Origin: an uncultured Methanosarcinales archaeon
GTDB lineage: Archaea > Nanobdellota > Nanobdellia > Woesearchaeales > GW2011-AR9
Reading direction: 5' to 3'
NCBI GenBank assembly: GCA_964464055.1
Contig: CAYXEO010000006.1
Location: 1,293 to 52,242 of the forward strand
Length of the DNA stretch: 50,950 bases
Shown: positions 17,981-28,100 of the stretch, one piece after another
How positions within the stretch are numbered: position 1 is the stretch's first letter
Layout: each line of letters starts with the position of its first letter
Made by a program: the position numbers and the translations under genes
Notes under the pieces: model-generated
Seen by the model: the letters and a program-made list of their open reading frames with translations, nothing else
What the model was told of the DNA's origin: nothing
Databases searched by the model: none

Positions 17981-20935
17981 ATGGTAAAAAAAGAGAATAG
18001 GGGTTTAGTTAGATTAAACAAGAAAGCACAGATAACCATTTTTATGATTGTGGGGTTAATGTTATTATTTGTTTTTGTATTTCTAATTCAATTAAATTCT
18101 AACCTTCAAGAAGCTCAATTAGCAGATGCTAAAGAATCAATTTATTCTAAAGCGTTTAAAAAAGAAGCGATGCGAATTTTTGTGGAAGATTGTCTTTATG
18201 ACCATTTAGAAGAAGCGTTAATTACAATTGGTAAACAAGGAAGGATTTGGTCAGATCAACCAGGAGGCGTAAAAGATTTCAGTGAGGGTTTAACAGGGGT
18301 GACTTATGAATCTGCCACCGGCGCGGAACGAGTTTATTATGGGATTTCTAATGAAGAATATTTTCACCATAATAATACTTATCCCTGTGATAATGAGTCT
18401 ACTGCGCCACATTTTTGTCAGTACCAATATCCAAACACGAAGTTAGGATTTGGGAAACTGAATTTGAAAAAAGGGACTATTATAAGCGACTTACGAAGAC
18501 GTTTAATTGACCGAACCATTTGGTGCGTAGAATCATTTACTAAAAGTAACATTTCTAGTAAAGCTGAAGTAGAAACAACCACCATGGAATTAAAATTAGA
18601 AATTTTGGATTCTGGAATTGATGTGAAAGTAACGTACCCTTTCAAATTCAAAATTGGTGGTGAAGAGTTTTTCCATTTGTCGAACTTTGATTTTTTTTAT
18701 TTAACACGATTTAATGAGTTATTAGATGCGGCAGTAACATTTCCATTAGAACAAGACCAAAAGTATGTGGATTTCGCTTATAACAAAAGTACTTTAAATA
18801 AAAGTGTTTTTCAATATGGTAATCCCATTAGTTATTCAAGTTGTAACCCTTATAATTTAACTGCAGAGGGGTATGAAAAGTATTTTTATCTTTGTAATCG
18901 TAGCACACATCTGGATAAATATACAGGGTTGGGGATTGAGATGGTTAAAGAGAAAATCAATGATTTTGGCGACGATATTTTTATTTTTAAACCATCATTA
19001 TATTCAATAGTTAATCGTCCAGAACCTTATGTGTTCCAGATTGTCAGACAGAACCGCCCACCTGCATTAGATTATATTAACCGTTCACAATGCGTTGGAG
19101 AAAGTGGTGGGGGTTATGATTATTTAGTTATTAAAGATGAACCCGGAGAATTAGGAATAATAAATATCACTGCTTTTGCAAAAGATCCCGACGAGGATGG
19201 TGTCAATATTGGTATTGAAAGATATGGTGACCCAGGAAATATATTATCTCTATCTAATTATTTACATAATGGCCCTATTATTGGAAGATATAATATGTCT
19301 GTTTTAGCTAAAGATGATCACGGTTTAATGGATTGGCAAGTGGTGCGGATTCTTGTTGACCGGCCATTAAAAGTTGATGTTAACATTAATATACCTTATC
19401 AGTTCGAAACAAGTACCGGCACAATTTCTTATGCAGAATTGTTTGACAACAACACTTACCAAGTTTCAACAGAAGACCCAGTTTTTGTAAGTATTGTGAC
19501 TCCAGAAGAATCAGAAGTTTCTGTATCTCCTGTTGCCACTTTAAATTATAGTGGTGCAAAAGGTAATACTGAAAATTTCACATACGTTTTACCTGTTGAT
19601 ACTACTTCACCTAGTGGTGAATTGAGATTAGATATTGCAACTGGTTGCGTTGGATTTCCATGGTTGCAATCTGCTAATTGCGAGTTAGAAGATTATAAAG
19701 ATGAAATAGATGGTTGGAAAAATAAATTAATTTCTGACGAACATAATCATTTCAATCAAATAGGTAAAGGTATTTTAAACATTTCTTTTGATGCAACTTA
19801 TTGTGGCGGGAATGTACAGGGCAATTATAAAGAAGTTGAAATTGGAGTAAGGGAATGTATTCCTCATTATAACCCTGAACGACCTTTCGCATTTCCACAA
19901 CATGGTTACAAATTCGGTTTAACCACAGATGGAAAAACGAATTTTAGTGATTTTTTAGGGGAAGATGATGAAAGTAATTCACTTAATGCCACACATAGTT
20001 GTTGTTCTATTAATGAAAATAATCCGAAAATTTGGGGTTTAAAATCGAAAGATACTGTTTGTTTTGAAAATCCTGAACCTGGCTGTTATGGGGAAGTGGT
20101 ACCTGGAACACAAATATTAGAAAAAGAAGTGCGATATTGTAATGGGACAAGGGGAAATACTTGTAATGGTGAATTTGGTTATGAACTTAAAAATAACACA
20201 TTAATTTGTGGCAATAATAGTCAACCAGGATGTTTTAGTGTTGCGGATAAATGTCAAGGGGAACTAGCTTTTAGTTATGTGGATGAAGATGATGATGGGG
20301 AAAATGATGGCGTTTGTGGTGGTTATCTTGGTTGTAGTTCTTTAGAAGATACAGTTGTTTATCTTGGGGATGGTACGCAAACATTTTTTTCACTTCAATA
20401 TATAAATCAAAAAGCAGAAAACTTATGGTCTTCTCATAATGATATTAAATCTTTTTTGGAGAATTTTGAATTTGGTTTTAGTTGTAATGGTTATGATGGG
20501 CGACCATGTTCGACAACTTTTGATGGTCATTTTAAAGAAGTTTGTGCAAGTGGGAAATGTACGGTGGCACTATGTGCACCGGACCATAAAAGATGTTCTG
20601 GAGATTTTAAAATTGAAAAATGTAATTTAATTGGTACGGAATACGTATTTGATGAAGATTGTCCAGATGGGTATTATTGTGGTGGCGGTAATTGTATTCT
20701 GCAAGTTTGTACGCCCGGTACAAAAGTCTGTTATTCAGATGTGTCTCCTGAATTAATGGAGGAAATAAATAGTTCAGAATATTACAGTGATTCTTGGTTG
20801 GATAATTGGGATTTGAATAAGGCAAGATTTATTTGTAATGATAAAGGTAGCATGTATGAAGCTAATGAGTGTAGTGAATGTAATTGTAGGGGTGGTAATT
20901 GTCCATCTAAAGGAGTGGTTGGGAAGTGCTCTTAA
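17981..20935 (+). CDS. Pilin-like N-terminus fused to a 950-aa Cys-rich ectodomain (984 aa)
   Basis: MVKKENRGLVRLNKKA|QITIFMIVGLMLLFVFVFLIQL. The N-terminal ~250-aa domain is paralogous to the interrupted gene at 49245-50950. The C-terminal third is dense Cys repeats (HSCCSINE, CAPDHKRCSG, CPDGYYCGGGNC, CTPGTKVC). Confidence 0.85.
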   Translation: MVKKENRGLVRLNKKAQITIFMIVGLMLLFVFVFLIQLNSNLQEAQLADAKESIYSKAFKKEAMRIFVEDCLYDHLEEALITIGKQGRIWSDQPGGVKDFSEGLTGVTYESATGAERVYYGISNEEYFHHNNTYPCDNESTAPHFCQYQYPNTKLGFGKLNLKKGTIISDLRRRLIDRTIWCVESFTKSNISSKAEVETTTMELKLEILDSGIDVKVTYPFKFKIGGEEFFHLSNFDFFYLTRFNELLDAAVTFPLEQDQKYVDFAYNKSTLNKSVFQYGNPISYSSCNPYNLTAEGYEKYFYLCNRSTHLDKYTGLGIEMVKEKINDFGDDIFIFKPSLYSIVNRPEPYVFQIVRQNRPPALDYINRSQCVGESGGGYDYLVIKDEPGELGIINITAFAKDPDEDGVNIGIERYGDPGNILSLSNYLHNGPIIGRYNMSVLAKDDHGLMDWQVVRILVDRPLKVDVNINIPYQFETSTGTISYAELFDNNTYQVSTEDPVFVSIVTPEESEVSVSPVATLNYSGAKGNTENFTYVLPVDTTSPSGELRLDIATGCVGFPWLQSANCELEDYKDEIDGWKNKLISDEHNHFNQIGKGILNISFDATYCGGNVQGNYKEVEIGVRECIPHYNPERPFAFPQHGYKFGLTTDGKTNFSDFLGEDDESNSLNATHSCCSINENNPKIWGLKSKDTVCFENPEPGCYGEVVPGTQILEKEVRYCNGTRGNTCNGEFGYELKNNTLICGNNSQPGCFSVADKCQGELAFSYVDEDDDGENDGVCGGYLGCSSLEDTVVYLGDGTQTFFSLQYINQKAENLWSSHNDIKSFLENFEFGFSCNGYDGRPCSTTFDGHFKEVCASGKCTVALCAPDHKRCSGDFKIEKCNLIGTEYVFDEDCPDGYYCGGGNCILQVCTPGTKVCYSDVSPELMEEINSSEYYSDSWLDNWDLNKARFICNDKGSMYEANECSECNCRGGNCPSKGVVGKCS

Positions 20936-20947
20936 AATAATTAAAAA

Positions 20948-22090
20948 ATGAAAACAACAATTAAACCAACAAAACTAATTTTACTACTTTTAACCTCCAC
21001 CATACTTATAGCAACATCAGCAACAGCTGACACCGGTTGTTTTACATATTCTGACAGTGGACAATATTGTCAAGAAATAACTTCAACAACTGCGCAAGAG
21101 GAATGTTCTTTTTTTGCTGATTGTCAATTAGGGCTACATTATTATGTTGGCGAACTTTGTACTTCTTTACCAATTTGTAAAAAAGTATTTTGTAAAAGTA
21201 GTTGTGATTACGAATATTTTGGGAAATGTTCTGCAGGTGAAGTTCCTGAAGGAGAGGAGGCAGAATGGTGTTCTGCAGGGTGTTGCCGATTTATTTATTA
21301 CAACTCATTTTATTGTAATTATGAAGAAAATAAGTGGTTATGCGAAATTGCAGCAGTAAATAAAGATACTGATGGTTTTTCGTTTAATTTATTGGACAAA
21401 AACACTTGTGAAAATTTTTGTTTTGCTGAAGATGGTCGGAAAAAGTTTTTAGCAGAAAACCAAGAATTAGAAAAACCGTTTGCACCACAAAAAAACATTC
21501 CTAAATCACGACCAAAACAGCAAGAAGTACTTTCAAATTTAGGCACTTTGATGGGTGGCGGAAATCAAGTGGTACCAACTGAAAAAGGAGGCGTTACACC
21601 GTGGGTGTTGTTGGGTTTTATTTTGTTGGTGATAGGGGTTTATTGGTTTAGAAAAAATGTTGCTGTTTCAAAAGTATTTGGCCAAGGTTTAAAATTGCCA
21701 GAAACAGAAGAAAAAGAAGTAAAAACGAAGAAAACATTTTTACACGAATTAAGGTTTCATCCGCAAGTGCAAGAACGAATTAAGAAACTAAAAAAACAGC
21801 ATCAAGAGCATGTTAAAGAACAAAAGAAAAAAGAATTCTTAACCACTTTTGGCGGTTTGCCAGTGGAAATGAGTAAAGTCACTAAAAAAGAAATTCATCA
21901 ATTGAAAGAATTGGTTCGTGAACATAAAAAGAAGAAGTTTGGCGCAATTACCAAATTAAAAATAAAAGTGCCCGTTAAAACTAGGAAAGAAAGAAAAAAT
22001 GAAGCAGAACAAATACAAAAAAAGAAAGAAGCAGAAGCAAACATCTCTGCGGTTTCTAAATTAAAAAAAATAATCACAAAAAAGAAGTAA
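20948..22090 (+). CDS. Type I membrane protein with a Cys-rich ectodomain module, TM and Lys-rich tail (380 aa)
   Basis: Sec-type leader MKTTIKPTKLILLLLTSTILIATSATA. A ~130-aa Cys module runs GCFTYSDSGQYC...GKC...WCSAGCCRF...YC. The TM is VTPWVLLGFILLVIGVYWF, followed by a ~150-aa K-rich tail. Confidence 0.85.
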   Translation: MKTTIKPTKLILLLLTSTILIATSATADTGCFTYSDSGQYCQEITSTTAQEECSFFADCQLGLHYYVGELCTSLPICKKVFCKSSCDYEYFGKCSAGEVPEGEEAEWCSAGCCRFIYYNSFYCNYEENKWLCEIAAVNKDTDGFSFNLLDKNTCENFCFAEDGRKKFLAENQELEKPFAPQKNIPKSRPKQQEVLSNLGTLMGGGNQVVPTEKGGVTPWVLLGFILLVIGVYWFRKNVAVSKVFGQGLKLPETEEKEVKTKKTFLHELRFHPQVQERIKKLKKQHQEHVKEQKKKEFLTTFGGLPVEMSKVTKKEIHQLKELVREHKKKKFGAITKLKIKVPVKTRKERKNEAEQIQKKKEAEANISAVSKLKKIITKKK

Positions 22091-22114
22091 TCTTTTCTTC
22101 TGTTCGACGCAACA

Positions 22115-22122
22115 TTTATATA
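22115..22122 (+). promoter_or_regulatory. Candidate TATA box for the 2161-aa gene
   Basis: TTTATATA sits about 33 nt upstream of ATG 22151, in a 60-nt spacer. Confidence 0.35.
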
Positions 22123-22150
22123 TGCTAATATTATACTTTTATAAGTATAA

Positions 22151-25100
22151 ATGGCATTAAAAAAAAGAGGTTTGTTTTCAGTAGTTCTTTTAGTATTTTT
22201 ATTAGTTTTATTTTCGGGGTCCATAATTTCTGAAGACGAAGATGGTGCAATTAGTGTCGGAGGGTGTTATTATTACCCTGAAGCGAGTGAAGATTATTAT
22301 TGTATCAGCGACACACTTTATTCTGAAGCAAGCGCAGATTGTGCAGATTATGATGGTTGTGAAGTTGATCAGTATTTTAGTGCCGGACTAGATTGTAGTG
22401 AGATGGACATTTGTGATGCTATTTTGTGTAATGCTGATTGTTCTTTTAGTTCAACAGTTGGAAAATGTACTCAATTAGGTGGAGAAGAAATTAATGATGA
22501 AGATTATGATTTGTGGTGTAATCCGGGGTGTTGTATTATTGAACAGGCGCCTTTTTGTGGTTTTGTTAGCAAGAGATTTGAATGTCAACAAACTGCAATA
22601 AATTTTTTAGGTTCTGATAGTGGTTGGGATTTTATTAATCCCGCGGGGATGACCTCTAGTGATTGTACTCAAACTCATTGTGGTGGTGAGGGTGCAACTT
22701 CTGGGTTGAATATCTCTGTTAAAGATGAAACGGGTGTAGTAATTCAAGGAGTAAATGTGGAATTAGTAGGTTATGGGAAAAGCGACATTACAAGTGTAGA
22801 TGGGACAGTTTCTTTTAGTAACTTAGTTGCCGGTTCTTATAATGTGGAAGTTAGTTCTGAGGGTTATTTCACTCAAACAGTAACAATTTTGGTTGAAGAA
22901 GGAGAAACAATATCTCATCCATTTACACTTTTGGAAGCAGAGGGGCAAGTGGAATTACAAGGAACAATAACAGGAGAGGATGGAACATTACTAGCAAATG
23001 CCAAAGTTTCTATCGCAGGTGTCATGAGCGATTTCACATTTACAAATGATACCGGTGGATACACCCTCACAGATTTACCATTCGGAAATTATACAATTAA
23101 AGCAAGTAAGAGCGGTTATCAAAGTGCAGAACAAAATGTAACATTAGCAGCGGAAATATTTATTGTTGATTTCACATTATCTGAAACTGCTTTTGTAGGA
23201 ATCTCTGGACAAACTTTTGTTGATTTTGAAGGTGGTGGCACTGGCGAAGCAGTTTATGGGGTTAAAATTTACATTGACGGGATGTTCAAGGGTGTTTCAA
23301 AACCAACACCAGAACCAGGAAATTATGAGTTTGAAATTACTGTTGATGAAGAAGCAGATGAATCGGAAACACACACAATTTCAGCGATTTACATGGATTA
23401 CGAATTTGCAGAAGAAGAGTTTACAATTTCTGCTGGTCAATCAACAATTATGGCTTTATTATTAACAAGGTACGTGGGTGAATGTAGTGAAGTTGGCGAT
23501 GAAAAGCCAGTCGAAGAATTTTCCGTTTCACATGTTTTAGGTAAGGCTGAATTAAATTTAAAATGGCGAAAACCTTGTCTGGAAGTTGTAGGGTATTTGG
23601 TGACGAAAACAGACAATGAGGGGGATAATTATTCTTTTTCAATATCAAGTGATCAAATAAATCATCTTGATGATGAAGTGGAGTGGGGCAAATCTTACAC
23701 TTATGAAATAATTACAAATTATGATGATAGTAGTTCTGAAATTGTAACTTATGGTCCGATAACAGTTGGTGATGAAGAATGCGAAGATAAATATCACGCT
23801 GAAACAGGTTGGGAATCATTTTGTATTGCTGAAAATAGCGAAACAGAACAATTTGAACGAAAATCTACATGGACATGTAACAATGAGAACACTTTAGTGC
23901 CGATAAAAAATTGTGCAGAGATGGACGGCGAAGGTGAATCTTATTATTGTTCCGTTATAAACAGTTTAGAAGCTGGTTGTAAAGATACTGGTGGTTGTAA
24001 ACAATTTGGAACACCATTTGGTCTTTATTATTCTGCAGATCTTTGTTATGGTGGAAATGATGTGCAAACAAGTGCTGATGCAGAAAATTATTGTTATTTT
24101 GAAAATACTGATACTGTAGCACAAGAATGTAAAAGTTGTCATGAAGTGGAAAGTTGTTTTGATTACCAAAGTCAAGATGCTTGTTTGATTGATAATTGTT
24201 TAGGGGATACATGTAATTGGGTAAATGGTTCTGCGAACAATTTGATGTTAGATTATGGGATGATTTTGCCGGAACTGGTAACACCGGAAACAGGTCATGG
24301 TTATTGTGTTGAGAAAGATTACAAGAAAGACGACAAATGTTCTTTATGTGGTCCAGATATCCCACCCTCAAGTTTGTTTGAGAATTATTATTGTACTCCT
24401 GAAGTTTGTTCAGGCTTAGGTGGTTGTTTTTCAGTGTTTACATTAAGTGCTTGTGAATCTTGTGGGACACACCCTACAAAAGAAGTAAATTGTTATGCTT
24501 ACAGTACTGCTTTGGAATGTGCTGGTGAATTCGGAAATAGTATTTATAAAAGTCCTGCTACGGGAGAAATTTCTTTATCTGAGGATAGGTGTGAATGGGG
24601 CAGATGTTTATGGAATGGAAACCCAGGTAGTAATGTTGGAAGTTGTGTAAAGGATGGTAATGCAGACAAAATTGATGATTGTTCTTTATTTACTAGTGCT
24701 GGCGATGTAACTGCGTGTCGTAAAGATGTCTCTGCACCGGAATCAAAAGTTCTCCCTGAAGGGGTTAATATTTTATCTTATGGTCATCCGAATGTGACTT
24801 TTTATGGTGATGACCATTATCATCAATATTCTAACCAACGAAATGTAATGGGCCAAGTGGGATATTGTTTAACCCCTACCGATTCTGATGAGTGTATTGG
24901 GACAAGTGGTGAAGATAAATTTACTTATGTTGATTATGAAGGAAAATTACAAGAAGAATTTTTAGAAGTTGAGATGATAAACTCTTCTTATTTAGATGGA
25001 AAAATAATCAAAGGTGATACTTACAAATTAAAATATTTTTCTTTGGACAAATATTACAATCAAGAAAACATGAAGCAAACATTTGTATTTATTGATAATG

Positions 25101-28100
25101 TTAAACCAGAATTTGAGCATGAAATTGAAACCGAAATTACTGGTGATATTGCGGATGTTACTATTTATCTTTCTGGGATGGAAGAAATGATGTCTTGTGA
25201 ATTTAGTTTAGAACAAACTATGCCACCAGGAAATACTGAACATCTTTCGTTAAGTAGGGATGCAGAAGAAAAAGAAGTAGTTTTTGTTGGTGTTGGAGGT
25301 GTTAAGCATGAATTAAATATTACTTGTACTGATGACCGGGACAATGTGCAATTAGTTTCTGATAAAATTATTTTAAATTTGGATCAGGACATTCAATTAA
25401 TTTACCCAGCGATGGGTGGTGCAATTAGTGAAAATGAATTTGTTTTCAAGGTATCAACTTCTGTGGGGGCAAGTTGTACATTAAACAAAGATGATGGTGA
25501 AAAGGTCGTAGATTTTAATATTATTGATGAAGTTGGAAAAATACATGAAACAACCATGGTGTCAGGATTTGTACAAAAAGAATATAATGGAGAGTATCAA
25601 GTTATTTGTCATGATTTTTACACTGAAGAAGAGCATGTGGCGTTTTTTGATTTTGTAGTTGATTTTATGGGTCCAGATACCACATTATATTTGGAAGAAG
25701 GTGCAAGGAGTGAAATCATTGCACCACAAAAAAATAATGGGTTACCTAACCATGGTTGGGAAGAATATTTTGTAGATTCTGTAAATGTTACATTTGAATG
25801 TATTGAAGAAGGGGTAGCATGTGCAGAAAGTTATTATTGTTTAGGTGACAGTTGTCCGGCAGTGGCTGGAACAGGTTACATTTTGTTCAGTGAACCGTTA
25901 GTGGTTGAAGAAACAACCCAAATCTGTTATTATTCTAAGGATGTTAGTGATAATCCCACTTACCCTTTATGTGGTACTTTATTTGTGGAAGGATACGGAA
26001 TATTTTTAGAATCTCCAACGTTACACTATTATCAAGATGAACAGTGGGGTGTAAGTAACCAACCAAACTTTAATTTTGTCTTTTCTACCAAAGTTGAAAC
26101 CAGTGAATGTAAATTTGATTTTGTACCTGGGTTTAATTATGATTCATTGCCTGATTATAAAATGAAGTTGCCAGATGCAGATTATAAATATGTTTTCACA
26201 AATTTTCCGGAAAGTGTTTATACTGAATTTTCGGAAAGTGGTAGTAGTAAAGCGATTTATATCAAATGTAAAGACCTCTTAGGTGAATTGGGACCAGAAC
26301 AGAAAATTAATTTGGAATTTGATCCGTCAGCACCAAAAATAGAAAATGCATACGCTAACCCTGTAAATATTTTGGATGATGTAGAAACAGAATTAAATGT
26401 AATTACTGATGATAAAACCTTATGTAAATATAGTGATAATTCTGAGGGTCAAGGAAGTGCAGATTATCAAATTATGGAAGGCACATTTCCTGGATATGAT
26501 GGAAAAATTATGAATTTAACCCATCAAGAAATTTTTGCGATCGCACTTGCACCTGGTATATTCAAAAAAGATTATTCTTTGAATACTATGTGTAGTAATG
26601 GTGCGGGCGACATTTCAGAGATAAAAGAGTTAACTTTTAATGTTGATTTTTCTGCTTTAGGTGGCATTTTGAGTGTTAGTCCAGAGGGGTATATCCCTGA
26701 TACGAATGTAACTTTAACCGTTGAAACTAATAAAAATGCAGTTTGCCTTTACAAGTTAGAAGGTGTTTATACCAGTATGGTTGGCACTGGTGGAAAACTT
26801 CATACTGCTCAATTAAGTGGGTTAGTAGAGAAAGAATATATTTATCCTATTAAGTGCGATCTAAGTGGACATAAAGTAGAAAGTGAAATTAAGTTTACTG
26901 TTGATACAACTTCACCAACTATAACTGGCGTGGATGATGGTGGGTATTCTTGTGGCACTAATAAAATCAAAGTAATGGTTTATACAGACGAAGAAAGTAT
27001 TGGTGGTTATGAATATGAGATTTATGATTTGGGTGAAGTTGAGCAGTTGGCAGCGGTAAAAAATTCCTCTGAAACAGAGGCAGAAGGGGAAGAAGAAGAA
27101 AGTAGTTCAACAGCAGATTACACAAGCAATTATTATGATTGGGGTTATGGTAGTTCAACAGATGAAACAGAAAGTAGTCCATCAGTTTCAACACCCATCG
27201 TGTCTGTAGAAGATGCAGTAACAACAGGAGTAGAGACCCTCGTTTCAACTGGAACACTTGGACCAGAAACACCTTTAGAGGTTCCATTGACCGATTTATC
27301 CGATACCCATAAATATTTAGTGAAAGTGCGGGCAGGAGATTCGGCAGGTAATTGGGGAGAATTTGTCGCTAGTGATGGTTTTTTAATTGTTGACGATGAT
27401 TTTGCAGAATGTGAAATTGATGAAAATTTAGGAGTTATTTTTACTAAAAATAATTCTTGTACACATATTAATGTGGTTATGAAAGCACAAACAAAATTAG
27501 GTGTGGGAGAGTTTAATTATGGTGTTCATGCAGATTCTGGTTCGTGCGGTACAAATACCAGTTATGGTGGTACATCCTTAATATTTGATAAGGCGGGATG
27601 GGTTTGTTATTATTTGGAAGATACATTTGGGACAAATAAAACAGGCAAAGAGATGATTAATTTTATTGACCAAGATAATGATGGGTTTATGGATAGTTGT
27701 GATGATTGTCCTGATACTCCTGCGGGAAAAATTGCTGGCCCAGATGGTTGTGCAGATGGGCAAGTTTCTGTGGCAGAAAGTCAAAAGGATACTGACGGAG
27801 ATAGTTTGCCGGACATTTGGGAAAAAATAAACAGTCAAGAAGGTTGTTTATTAAATTATATGGCAATAGATTCTGACGATAATGGTGTTACTGATGATTT
27901 AGAAGATTTTGATGGTGATGGATATAATAATTATGAGGAATATATTTCAGGTTATAATCCTTGTTTAGCTGATGCACCAATTAAAGGAAATGAATCGTTA
28001 GAACCGACTGACGAACCAGGTGGACCAGATACTACCGATACACCTTATGAACCAACTGGAGATGGTAGTGCCACTATTTTGGCTTGGATTTTATTCTTGT

